Of a DNA stretch of 56,980 bases, positions 47,355 through 54,101 are shown in pieces. The stretch's first letter is position 1; the number at the start of each line of letters is the position of its first letter. The notes beneath the pieces are model-generated. The model did no database searches. It worked only from the letters and a program-made list of their open reading frames with translations, and had not been told where the DNA came from. The translations under genes were made by a program, and so were the position numbers. This stretch comes from a virus (Duplodnaviria > Caudoviricetes): positions 1 to 56,980 of the IMG/VR virus record IMGVR_UViG_3300030372_000635, one strand, 5' to 3'.

Positions 47355-47806
47355 TATGCTAACTCAAAGTGAGGTCCATCAATAAATGGTCTTCTACCCT
47401 GTCCTCTTCTTAGATCTACGTACGCATTCATAGCATCTTGCATTGTGCCATCCCATGTACGTATATCATCTATATGCCAAGCTGCACCCCAACGAATGCC
47501 CACGTTCTCAAGCTTTGCAGCTTCCTTCATGGCATCAGCTATATCATCATAAAGATTCAGCTCCCATGAAGCCCTCCCTCCTACATAAGCCATCAGGTCT
47601 ACTGCTAGACCATCAAGATGTTTGGATTTTAAAGTCTGTGAAGCACCTTTTTCTACAAGTGCTTGTTGTTCTGCTAAAGTTCTCAAACCACAAATGCAAC
47701 CAAAGTCAACCTTGGTCACTTCTATTGCTTTTTTGACGCATCTCTCTAAGGAGTCGTTCACGCCATTTAATTTTGTTAAACTTTTTTTGCTGAGTGTAAA
47801 GCTCAT
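47354..47806 (-). CDS. endolysin, M15 L-Ala-D-Glu peptidase (likely start 47806)
   Basis: GLRT..EQ, SKHL.G.AVD, IRWG, FIDGPHFE. Confidence 0.9.
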   Translation of the reverse strand: MSFTLSKKSLTKLNGVNDSLERCVKKAIEVTKVDFGCICGLRTLAEQQALVEKGASQTLKSKHLDGLAVDLMAYVGGRASWELNLYDDIADAMKEAAKLENVGIRWGAAWHIDDIRTWDGTMQDAMNAYVDLRRGQGRRPFIDGPHFELA

Positions 47807-47905
47807 GTCTTTCCTCTCTTTTTCTAGTGTGGGCATTTCTGTGTCTTATTCTTGTAATAGGAAACATCCTGTCTCCTAAGTACCTTCTTATATAAGGTAA
47901 GTGCC

Positions 47906-48277
47906 TTATTTTAATTTCTTTTTACCATAAAATTTGCCAATACCTTTCATACCTATACTGGCACTAACAATTCCACCAAGACTTAGCTGATACCACTGTG
48001 GCATAGCTTCAAGTGCAGCAAAGCCTTGTGCTACTGTCTCTCTTCCCCAATCACCAGTAAAGGCTAATATTAGTGGGATTGAAAACAGTAGTAAAATCCA
48101 CTCGTCTTTCCAAGATCCTTGAGTGGCACGTATAGCAGCAAGATCCCAATCAATGTCTCCTGTTGCTTCTTTCATACGTATCTGTGCTTCAGCTTTTTGT
48201 ATAGCAGTCTTGCCATCTATATAAGAAGTAGCAAGACCACCAACTGAACTTAACATTGTTGTAATGGCACTAATCAT
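47906..48277 (-). CDS. holin-like membrane protein
   Basis: SWKDEW followed by TM helices, MPQWYQ, basic C-terminus; adjacent to endolysin. Confidence 0.7.
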   Translation of the reverse strand: MISAITTMLSSVGGLATSYIDGKTAIQKAEAQIRMKEATGDIDWDLAAIRATQGSWKDEWILLLFSIPLILAFTGDWGRETVAQGFAALEAMPQWYQLSLGGIVSASIGMKGIGKFYGKKKLK

Positions 48278-48368
48278 ATTTTTTACCTTTACCTGAAAGA
48301 TACTTTACTCTTTTTTTAGTATATTTATCCAATCTTTTTTCTAACCATTTTAAAAATCTACTAATCAT
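48270..48368 (-). CDS. 32-aa basic peptide (not in ORF track)
   Basis: MISRFLKWLEKRLDKYTKKRVKYLSGKGKKYD; overlaps both neighbours. Confidence 0.5.
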   Translation of the reverse strand: MISRFLKWLEKRLDKYTKKRVKYLSGKGKKYD

Positions 48369-48444
48369 TTTTTGACAGCCAAATTAAAGTTGTTAATATA
48401 GAAATTAACACTATAAAATATGTAATAGTAAAAGCTGTAATCAC
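48361..48444 (-). CDS. 27-aa single-TM peptide (not in ORF track)
   Basis: GTG start in GTGA overlap; MITAFTITYFIVLISILTTLIWLSKND. Confidence 0.45.
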   Translation of the reverse strand: MITAFTITYFIVLISILTTLIWLSKND

Positions 48445-48521
48445 TGCTTTAAACACTTACCTGCTTCAGAACACTCTTTATAAGTTGTACAGGCTGAACA
48501 TATTACTCTAAAGTTCTTCAT
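48441..48521 (-). CDS. 26-aa four-Cys peptide (not in ORF track)
   Basis: TAATG-coupled; MKNFRVICSACTTYKECSEAGKCLKQ. Confidence 0.55.
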   Translation of the reverse strand: MKNFRVICSACTTYKECSEAGKCLKQ

Positions 48522-48760
48522 TATAGTGTCCATGAGTTAAAGTATACTAACATATTTTTTGGAGCTTGTCCATGCTTTAATGCAGCTTGCTTCCAAACAT
48601 TGTACTTCTTTATGGCTACTTCTTTAGCTTGCTCAAACTCTTTGTAAGCTTTCTCCATATCACCATAACGAAGATCATGTAACTGCTGCTGCATATCTTC
48701 TATCTTCTTTTCTAGTTTCATCTCTTCAGATATTTTTATGTCTTGCTTTGTATCAACCAT
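48521..48760 (-). CDS. small coiled-coil protein
   Basis: 79 aa, AAGGAG RBS. Confidence 0.7.
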   Translation of the reverse strand: MVDTKQDIKISEEMKLEKKIEDMQQQLHDLRYGDMEKAYKEFEQAKEVAIKKYNVWKQAALKHGQAPKNMLVYFNSWTL

Positions 48761-48763
48761 TTT

Positions 48764-48880
48764 TTACTCCTTTATAAAAGCAATGTAAAGGCAAAGTCCT
48801 ATTATAAGCAACTTGCCATAGTCTAGGTCAAAGATTGTTCCTTGACCAAATTTCTTTTGAAACCATTCTTTGTTAAACAT
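48764..48880 (-). CDS. 38-aa membrane peptide (not in ORF track)
   Basis: MFNKEWFQKKFGQGTIFDLDYGKLLIIGLCLYIAFIKE; GGAGG upstream. Confidence 0.65.
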   Translation of the reverse strand: MFNKEWFQKKFGQGTIFDLDYGKLLIIGLCLYIAFIKE

Positions 48881-49115
48881 TATCTCGTACCTCCGATTTT
48901 GCTTGTACGTTGACAGTAGACCTGCCCTTGTTTACATAAAGTCCAAACCATGCTGCACCTGCTCCTACTACGACAGAAACAAATCCTGCTTGTGCATTGT
49001 TTGGGTCTGGTAAATCCATAAACCAGTTACACGTTTGATAGAATACCACCATGTACGCTAGTATTAATAATCTTGGAACTATTCTCCATGAGTCTAGTTT
49101 TTCTGGAGTGATCAT
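48873..49115 (-). CDS. two-TM membrane protein (holin-like)
   Basis: LDSWRIVPRLL, WFMDLPDP, QAGFVSVVVGA. Confidence 0.7.
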   Translation of the reverse strand: MITPEKLDSWRIVPRLLILAYMVVFYQTCNWFMDLPDPNNAQAGFVSVVVGAGAAWFGLYVNKGRSTVNVQAKSEVRDNV

Positions 49116-49348
49116 CTATACCTCGCTGTTTTCTTTGCAATGCCTTTAGGCTGTTTGACAAACTGTTTACCTGCTTTACCACCTTTGGCTTTAGCTCTGT
49201 TTGTGGCAGCCTTCTCTGATGCAGACAGAGACTTCCATGCTGCATCAGGTAGGTATCTTCTTTTGCCTTTTGAGGGTTTACCAGAAGAAGTTCTCCACTT
49301 CTGCTTACCCCAATCTTTAAGAGACTTCTGTGATTTAGCTATTGCCAC
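49112..49348 (-). CDS. basic protein, C-terminal half of a DUF5872-like protein
   Basis: SQKSLKDWGKQKWRT, RYLPDAAWKSLS..EKAATNRAK, GKQFV. Confidence 0.75.
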   Translation of the reverse strand: MAIAKSQKSLKDWGKQKWRTSSGKPSKGKRRYLPDAAWKSLSASEKAATNRAKAKGGKAGKQFVKQPKGIAKKTARYR

Positions 49349-50025
49349 TACTCTTCCTTTGCGTAGAGATTATTAAAAGTTGTTTCTGGATCTAAATAAC
49401 TTGTGTGTATTTCTGCTGCGTGTAGATACTGACTAGGCTTAAAGTCTGGTGCTCCTTCTCCTGTCTCCCACAATGCAGGACTTGTAGCTCTAACTCTGTT
49501 GTTAGGAAGTGCCACTATGTTTCCAGTCCAGTTACCTGCATCTGTTAGTTGTATTACGTGACTCTGTTTGTGTTGAGCAGGATCATCAGCAATAGGATTT
49601 TCAGTATAATCTACAGTAAATAAATACTTTCCTTTGTAAAACTCACCATCTATTTTACAAATCCAAGGACTTGAACTAACTCTCTCCATGTTTACTACTG
49701 AGTGATGATGAGAGGAGCAATCCCAAGGCTGTACAAGATGTGTCTCCATTCTGTCAGGCCATTCTTCTAGTGGCTCATCAGCTACCAGTGCTGTGATAGG
49801 CATCCTTGCCCACATTGCACCACCATGTACATTCTGTTCATTATCGTCAAAGTCACTCTCACAGCCAGTAAATACAACTTGAAAACTTAGACATCTATCT
49901 GGTATCGTATTGACTGCGATTGCCATTCCATGTAAAAACTCTCCATGATAATCTTCATGGTTACAGGTATACTCTCTTCTCACCCAACACTTGAAGTGAG
50001 GAATGTTGCTAATTAAATAGGGCAT
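49348..50025 (-). CDS. conserved phage protein of unknown function
   Basis: 225 aa; WVRREY, GGAMWARMPI, QPWDC, YLFTVDY, QHKQSHV, ALPNNRV. Confidence 0.8.
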   Translation of the reverse strand: MPYLISNIPHFKCWVRREYTCNHEDYHGEFLHGMAIAVNTIPDRCLSFQVVFTGCESDFDDNEQNVHGGAMWARMPITALVADEPLEEWPDRMETHLVQPWDCSSHHHSVVNMERVSSSPWICKIDGEFYKGKYLFTVDYTENPIADDPAQHKQSHVIQLTDAGNWTGNIVALPNNRVRATSPALWETGEGAPDFKPSQYLHAAEIHTSYLDPETTFNNLYAKEE

Positions 50026-50318
50026 TACTTCTCCTTTTGATGTTGCTTTTTCAACTGGAGCTTGGCTTGTTTAGATAAACGAACCACTTCAGTCTTACCC
50101 ATTACTTTAGCACGTTGTTCCATCACTGTCAAGATCTGAATTTTTCTAGCATAAGGTTTTTTTACTCTCTTTACTTTTGCAATAGTTGCTCTAGCATCAG
50201 CAGGAGTAGCAAATTTTATACTGACTGTATCTTTAGGATTCTCATCAGTATAAAGTCTTCTACCACTACCTTTAGGTTTTTTACCTGTTCCTACTCTTGG
50301 ATCTCGTTTTTTTGACAT
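50025..50318 (-). CDS. small basic protein
   Basis: GTGKKPKGSGRRLYTDENPKDTV, ARKIQIL.VMEQRA. Confidence 0.75.
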   Translation of the reverse strand: MSKKRDPRVGTGKKPKGSGRRLYTDENPKDTVSIKFATPADARATIAKVKRVKKPYARKIQILTVMEQRAKVMGKTEVVRLSKQAKLQLKKQHQKEK

Positions 50319-50448
50319 GAGAGTTTTTATATCTGGTTTTCTGATCTTTTTGAATCTTAGTTAAAGTTTTAGCTTGACTAGCGTGTAGCTTAGAAGCTTT
50401 TCTTAGTCCACCAATAACTTTCTTTAAAGGTTTAGTATAATGTGGCAT
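50281..50448 (-). CDS. 55-aa basic protein (not in ORF track)
   Basis: TAATG-coupled; MPHYTKPLKKVIGGLRKASKLHASQAKTL... Confidence 0.7.
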   Translation of the reverse strand: MPHYTKPLKKVIGGLRKASKLHASQAKTLTKIQKDQKTRYKNSHVKKTRSKSRNR

Positions 50449-50627
50449 TATCTATATCCTCCTCCTTTAGCCTTGTACTGTTTAGCTAACATCTGTGCTT
50501 TTCTAGCTGACCACTGACCGGGATTACCACCTTTACCACCTGCTTTAATTCTATTAAACAGATTCTTTCTCATAGTGGGTTTAGTATAATTACCTGCTTT
50601 ATTTACTGTAGATTTTTTTGCTGCCAT
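50448..50627 (-). CDS. 59-aa basic protein, N-terminal half of a DUF5872-like protein (not in ORF track)
   Basis: TAATG-coupled; GNYTKPTMRKNLFNRIKAGGKGGNPGQWSARKAQMLAKQYKAKGGGYR. Confidence 0.8.
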   Translation of the reverse strand: MAAKKSTVNKAGNYTKPTMRKNLFNRIKAGGKGGNPGQWSARKAQMLAKQYKAKGGGYR

Positions 50628-50968
50628 TAGCTTGGTATCTCCGTAATTGATGCAACTACGTGTAGCCTATTAGCTGTAGCTGCTTGAACTTTTAAAATAT
50701 CTCCGGCTGTTAGTAATAAATCTCTAGATAATAACTCTACTGTACCATTAGCACTAATTGACTTAACTTTAAAAAGATTAAAGACAGCAGAAGCAGCATC
50801 AGTAATAGTTACTGTTATTGTATCTGCATTCCCACTGTCTTCAGAAATAATAATAGATTCAACAATAGAATCATATCTATTAGGTACAGTATAAAGTGTT
50901 GTATTGTCTGTTGTTGTAAGATCTACTCTAGCAACTCTGAGAGCAGAAGAAGTTTGTATGGTTGACAT
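50627..50968 (-). CDS. small beta-sandwich virion protein, similar to 28551-28913
   Basis: TLYTVP..SIV.SIII...LTAGDILKVQA...SITEI. Confidence 0.7.
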   Translation of the reverse strand: MSTIQTSSALRVARVDLTTTDNTTLYTVPNRYDSIVESIIISEDSGNADTITVTITDAASAVFNLFKVKSISANGTVELLSRDLLLTAGDILKVQAATANRLHVVASITEIPS

Positions 50969-51396
50969 TATCTACCTCTACGAGCAGCTCCACCTCTAGC
51001 CATACCCTTCTTCTTCATCATAGCACCACCTCTAGCCATGCCTTTCTTTTTCATGGTAGCACCACCTTTAGCCATACCTTTTTTCTTCATCATGCCACCT
51101 CTATTCATCTTACCTTTACCATCCATAGCAAATTTAGGAATCATCTTACCTGTTTTAGGATCTTTACCCATAGGCATAGCACCACCTTTTGAGTAGCCCT
51201 TCTTCTTCATCATAGCCCCACCTTTAGCCATACCTTTTTTCTTCATTCCACCTTTGGCATAACCTTTCTTTCTCATCATGCCTCCACCTTTCATACCAGT
51301 AAGGCCTGTGGCTGAACCTGCAGGTTTCTTTTTTGTAGGTGACATCATACCACCCATATTCATTCTTTTCTTAGCTGCACCTTTTTTCTTCATCAT
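50968..51396 (-). CDS. Met/Lys/Gly-rich repetitive basic protein
   Basis: About nine (M/Y)xxGG units such as MMKKKGMAKGGA; AGGAG RBS. Confidence 0.8.
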   Translation of the reverse strand: MMKKKGAAKKRMNMGGMMSPTKKKPAGSATGLTGMKGGGMMRKKGYAKGGMKKKGMAKGGAMMKKKGYSKGGAMPMGKDPKTGKMIPKFAMDGKGKMNRGGMMKKKGMAKGGATMKKKGMARGGAMMKKKGMARGGAARRGR

Positions 51397-51412
51397 GTTA
51401 CTTTCTCCTATG

Positions 51413-51700
51413 TTAACATCTCCATCTACGTCTTGCTTGACGTAATCTACTGTTTGGGTCTTTAGCAGCTTTAGGAAATTTCTTCATTTGCCCTGCAGAT
51501 CTAGCACAATAGGACTTTCTTCTCTTGGCTCTGGACTTTGAAGGACTTTTTTCTGTTACTGCAGTCTTTAATTTAGATCCGGGATTGTCTCTACGATACT
51601 TAGCGACTCCCTTTTTAGTCATACCTGCTCCACTTTTGGTAGGTCTCTTGTGACCACCTTTAATAGTGTGACCTTTCATACCACCTTTTTTAGAAGCCAT
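51413..51700 (-). CDS. small basic protein
   Basis: GAGMT.KGV..YRR.NPGSKLKTAV, RRKSYCARS, DPNSRL..ARRRW.C. Confidence 0.8.
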   Translation of the reverse strand: MASKKGGMKGHTIKGGHKRPTKSGAGMTKKGVAKYRRDNPGSKLKTAVTEKSPSKSRAKRRKSYCARSAGQMKKFPKAAKDPNSRLRQARRRWRC

Positions 51701-51947
51701 ACTCTTCTCTCTTTACATTAGGTTGAAATACGTCTTTGGCATCAAGTAATCCCTCTAGAAACATGGCTCTCTCTACATGATCCAGTGAATACTTAATACC
51801 AGTGTCTAAAAGTATCTTTTGTCTTACGTAAAATACGTCAGAACGAGGTATATGACACCTTCTTAGTTCTAGTTCATCTTCATTAGCCAAAGCTGAGTAA
51901 AATTCTTCTATTACGTTTTCACTAACGTAGAGTTTAGGCTTTGACAT
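51690..51947 (-). CDS. first gene of the late arm, hypothetical (likely leaderless start ATG 51947)
   Basis: VIEEFY, HIPRSDVFYVR, YSLDHVERAM..EG. Confidence 0.75.
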   Translation of the reverse strand: MSKPKLYVSENVIEEFYSALANEDELELRRCHIPRSDVFYVRQKILLDTGIKYSLDHVERAMFLEGLLDAKDVFQPNVKREEYGF

Positions 51948-51949
51948 GA

Positions 51950-51982
51950 CCCTAGTTATACTCCAAAATAGTCCTTTGTCAA
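51950..51982 (-). promoter_or_regulatory. late-arm promoter TTGACA-N16-TATAACTAGGG
   Basis: tgtcaa 51977-51982, gttata 51955-51960; inverted repeat GTCCTT-TGTC-AAGGAC overlaps the -35. Confidence 0.75.
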
Positions 51983-52018
51983 GGACAAACGACAATAAAG
52001 ATTAAAATTTTTATGATT

Positions 52019-52129
52019 TACGTTAAAGTATACTTAAAGTATATTATTAATACTATATAAGAAGTAGTAATAAAGTACTTTAAGTATTACTTTAAGTATA
52101 TTATATAATACTTTATGCCCCCCTGTCAA
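52019..52129 (-). promoter_or_regulatory. consensus promoter followed by TACTTWAAGTA repeats
   Basis: - strand TTGACA-18 nt-TATAAT (52129-52100); TACTTAAAGTA 52031, TACTTTAAGTA 52076 and 52088. Confidence 0.7.
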
Positions 52130-52303
52130 GTATTAATAGAAAATAAATTTAAATATGTAGGATTACTGCAACAATTACCCCCAGTTTACTGGTTTACATT
52201 AATGTAGTTAACAGTTCAAAAATTTACCCCTCTGTCATTGTGTGTATATACTATCTAGAGGGGGGGTGGTGGCCCTTGCGCGTACACCCTTCTTAAAAAT
52301 AAC

Positions 52304-52370
52304 TGTCAAAAATTTGACACTTGAGGAGGAGCTGCGTCAAAATATTGACATATTCGTCAAGTTCTTGACA
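52304..52370. repeat. three YGTCAA-N4-TTGACA inverted repeats
   Basis: 52304-52319, 52335-52350, 52355-52370. Confidence 0.85.
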
Positions 52371-52378
52371 TTTTTAGC

Positions 52379-52739
52379 TAACTTATTGATTTTATTAGAT
52401 AAGTCTTATAATATAAGATTATAAAAATACGATAAGTAATTGATAACGTACCACTTTTTACAGTTTGTAGTGCTAGATCCCAAAAAGAATTACACTTTTA
52501 GTTTAACACTATACTATTTTATTCGTTCAACTTTAAACTATACCTGATCAAATTAGTTTAGGTTTAAACAATATCTAATAATTAGTTTAACGTTAAACTA
52601 TCTATTAAGTTTACCTAACGTCAATTAATATCTATTATCTATTTAGAATTATTCTAAACTATATCTATTATATTAATTTATTTACATAGTTGACGTAACG
52701 TAATCTAAATTTTTATTTCTCTTTAATATCAATAACTTA
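52379..52739. promoter_or_regulatory. three IHF-consensus sites (WATCAA-N4-TTR)
   Basis: 52379-52391 (-), 52433-52445 (-), 52727-52739 (+). Confidence 0.65.
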
Positions 52740-53062
52740 ACAACTATTTTACAAAAAAGTTAAATTTTTTTTGTTGTTACCTCTTGTAATGTTTTTAGTG
52801 GTTATTATCTGACACTTAAGATCAATGAATAAAGGAATAACAAAAACAGATATTTTAAATTTACTTATAATAAGATAATAAGGTTTTCTATAATTACTCA
52901 TAAAACTTTCCTTATAAAAAATAGAGTAATCTTATACTGCTGAAATGGGGTTGAAAGCTAACCACAAGTAACCTCTAATCAGACAGTTCCCGTAAGAGCT
53001 AGTTACTATCAAAGTATGGTATACGTTAAAGGTATGCAAAAAAGCAAGGGATTCGGTGGTAT

Positions 53063-53163
53063 TGGGTGCAATCGCAAAGAGGTGTTAGGGAATCAACGCT
53101 ATAGGTATGGCTTGATTGTTTACTGATAGTGTTCCCTTGTCTAATCTTTGATGGTTGCACCCA
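53063..53163 (+). ncRNA. candidate long irregular RNA hairpin in the early leader
   Basis: TGGGTGCAA/TTGCACCCA, CAAAGA/TCTTTG, AGGGAA/TTCCCT, ACGCTAT/ATAGTGT nested pairings. Confidence 0.55.
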
Positions 53164-53249
53164 TTTTAGTTTCTTATAATGTGACGTATGAATTGTAATG
53201 TGCATTAATGATGGTGTGCATTAGTAGTCATATTAGAGGAGATAAAATT

Positions 53250-53783
53250 ATGACAAAATCAAACGTAAAATTACCAAAAACTTTAGATGTAAAAGTAACT
53301 GATGCAATGATTGAAAAGGATATTGTTGCAGTAAAATCAAAAGTAAGAACTGTAAATAATGCTATTCAGTCTGTATTAACTAAAGTGATGTTAAGATGGC
53401 ATCAATCAGGTGATGTAGGTACTGCTTGCAGATTCATGAATACACTTGTATTAGAACTTGATGGCACAGCAGTACGCAACAATGCAATCAAATCTTGGAT
53501 TGAAGCTTACTGTGGTTTTAATTGGGTTAAAGATGATAATGGTAAATCTCTTTTCACATATAATAAGAAACGATCGAAGGTATCTTATGATGATGTAGTT
53601 ACTGCACATCAAAATACATGGTCTACATTTACTAAAGAGGCTGAATATAAAGGTATGAACTTAGATGAAATGATTGCTAAGTTGATTATTCAAGTTGAAA
53701 AGAAACTTGAAAAGCCAAATGAGTTGGATAATATTAACTTAGAAACTTACAAGGCATTAAAGAATACACAATACGCAAAGTAA
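53250..53783 (+). CDS. first early protein (likely start ATG 53250)
   Basis: AGGAG RBS before 53250; SGDV..A..., R..AIKSW motif; followed by terminator. Confidence 0.8.
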   Translation: MTKSNVKLPKTLDVKVTDAMIEKDIVAVKSKVRTVNNAIQSVLTKVMLRWHQSGDVGTACRFMNTLVLELDGTAVRNNAIKSWIEAYCGFNWVKDDNGKSLFTYNKKRSKVSYDDVVTAHQNTWSTFTKEAEYKGMNLDEMIAKLIIQVEKKLEKPNELDNINLETYKALKNTQYAK

Positions 53784-53794
53784 TGCAACAGATG

Positions 53795-53836
53795 GGAAGC
53801 AGCTACGCATGAAGTGTGTGGCTGTTTCTTTTTTTT
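53795..53836 (+). terminator. intrinsic terminator
   Basis: GGAAGCAGCTACGCAT-GAA-GTGTGTGGCTGTTTCT (16 bp with GU pairs) followed by a T run. Confidence 0.8.
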
Positions 53837-53875
53837 ATTTTTAATTTTAAAATTATGCCAGTGATGGAGAATGTG

Positions 53876-53980
53876 ATGGAACTTTATATTGAATGGGGTT
53901 TTTATTTTCTACTAGTATATAGTGGATTTATTACGGGATATGTGATTAGGTTTCTTAATGAACCTGTCAGACGTAGATGA
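53876..53980 (+). CDS. 34-aa membrane peptide (not in ORF track)
   Basis: GGAG RBS; MELYIEWGFYFLLVYSGFITGYVIRFLNEPVRRR. Confidence 0.55.
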   Translation: MELYIEWGFYFLLVYSGFITGYVIRFLNEPVRRR

Positions 53981-54101
53981 TGGACTATTACGTCTATGGA
54001 AGATTAAGGTATTGCATTATTATTATAGTGGTGGTATACCTTATTGAGTTGGTACTTAATCTATTCGGTATGAGTGGGTTTTTGTACCCTATTATAATTA
54101 A

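Noticed and set aside
52242-52424. 60-aa ORF in the intergenic region
   Set aside because: GTG start without SD; it runs across the operator-like palindromes and is probably incidental
52398-52428. dif-like XerCD site
   Set aside because: ATAA-to-TTAT spacing is 7 rather than 6 and the XerD arm does not match; better explained as a simple palindrome
52735-52765. CtrA boxes (TTAA-N7-TTAA)
   Set aside because: Only imperfect matches in very AT-rich sequence, expected by chance
52900-53200. tRNA, tmRNA or hammerhead ribozyme
   Set aside because: No T-loop GTTCRA with cloverleaf and no complete hammerhead core found by eye; kept only as a generic structured RNA candidate
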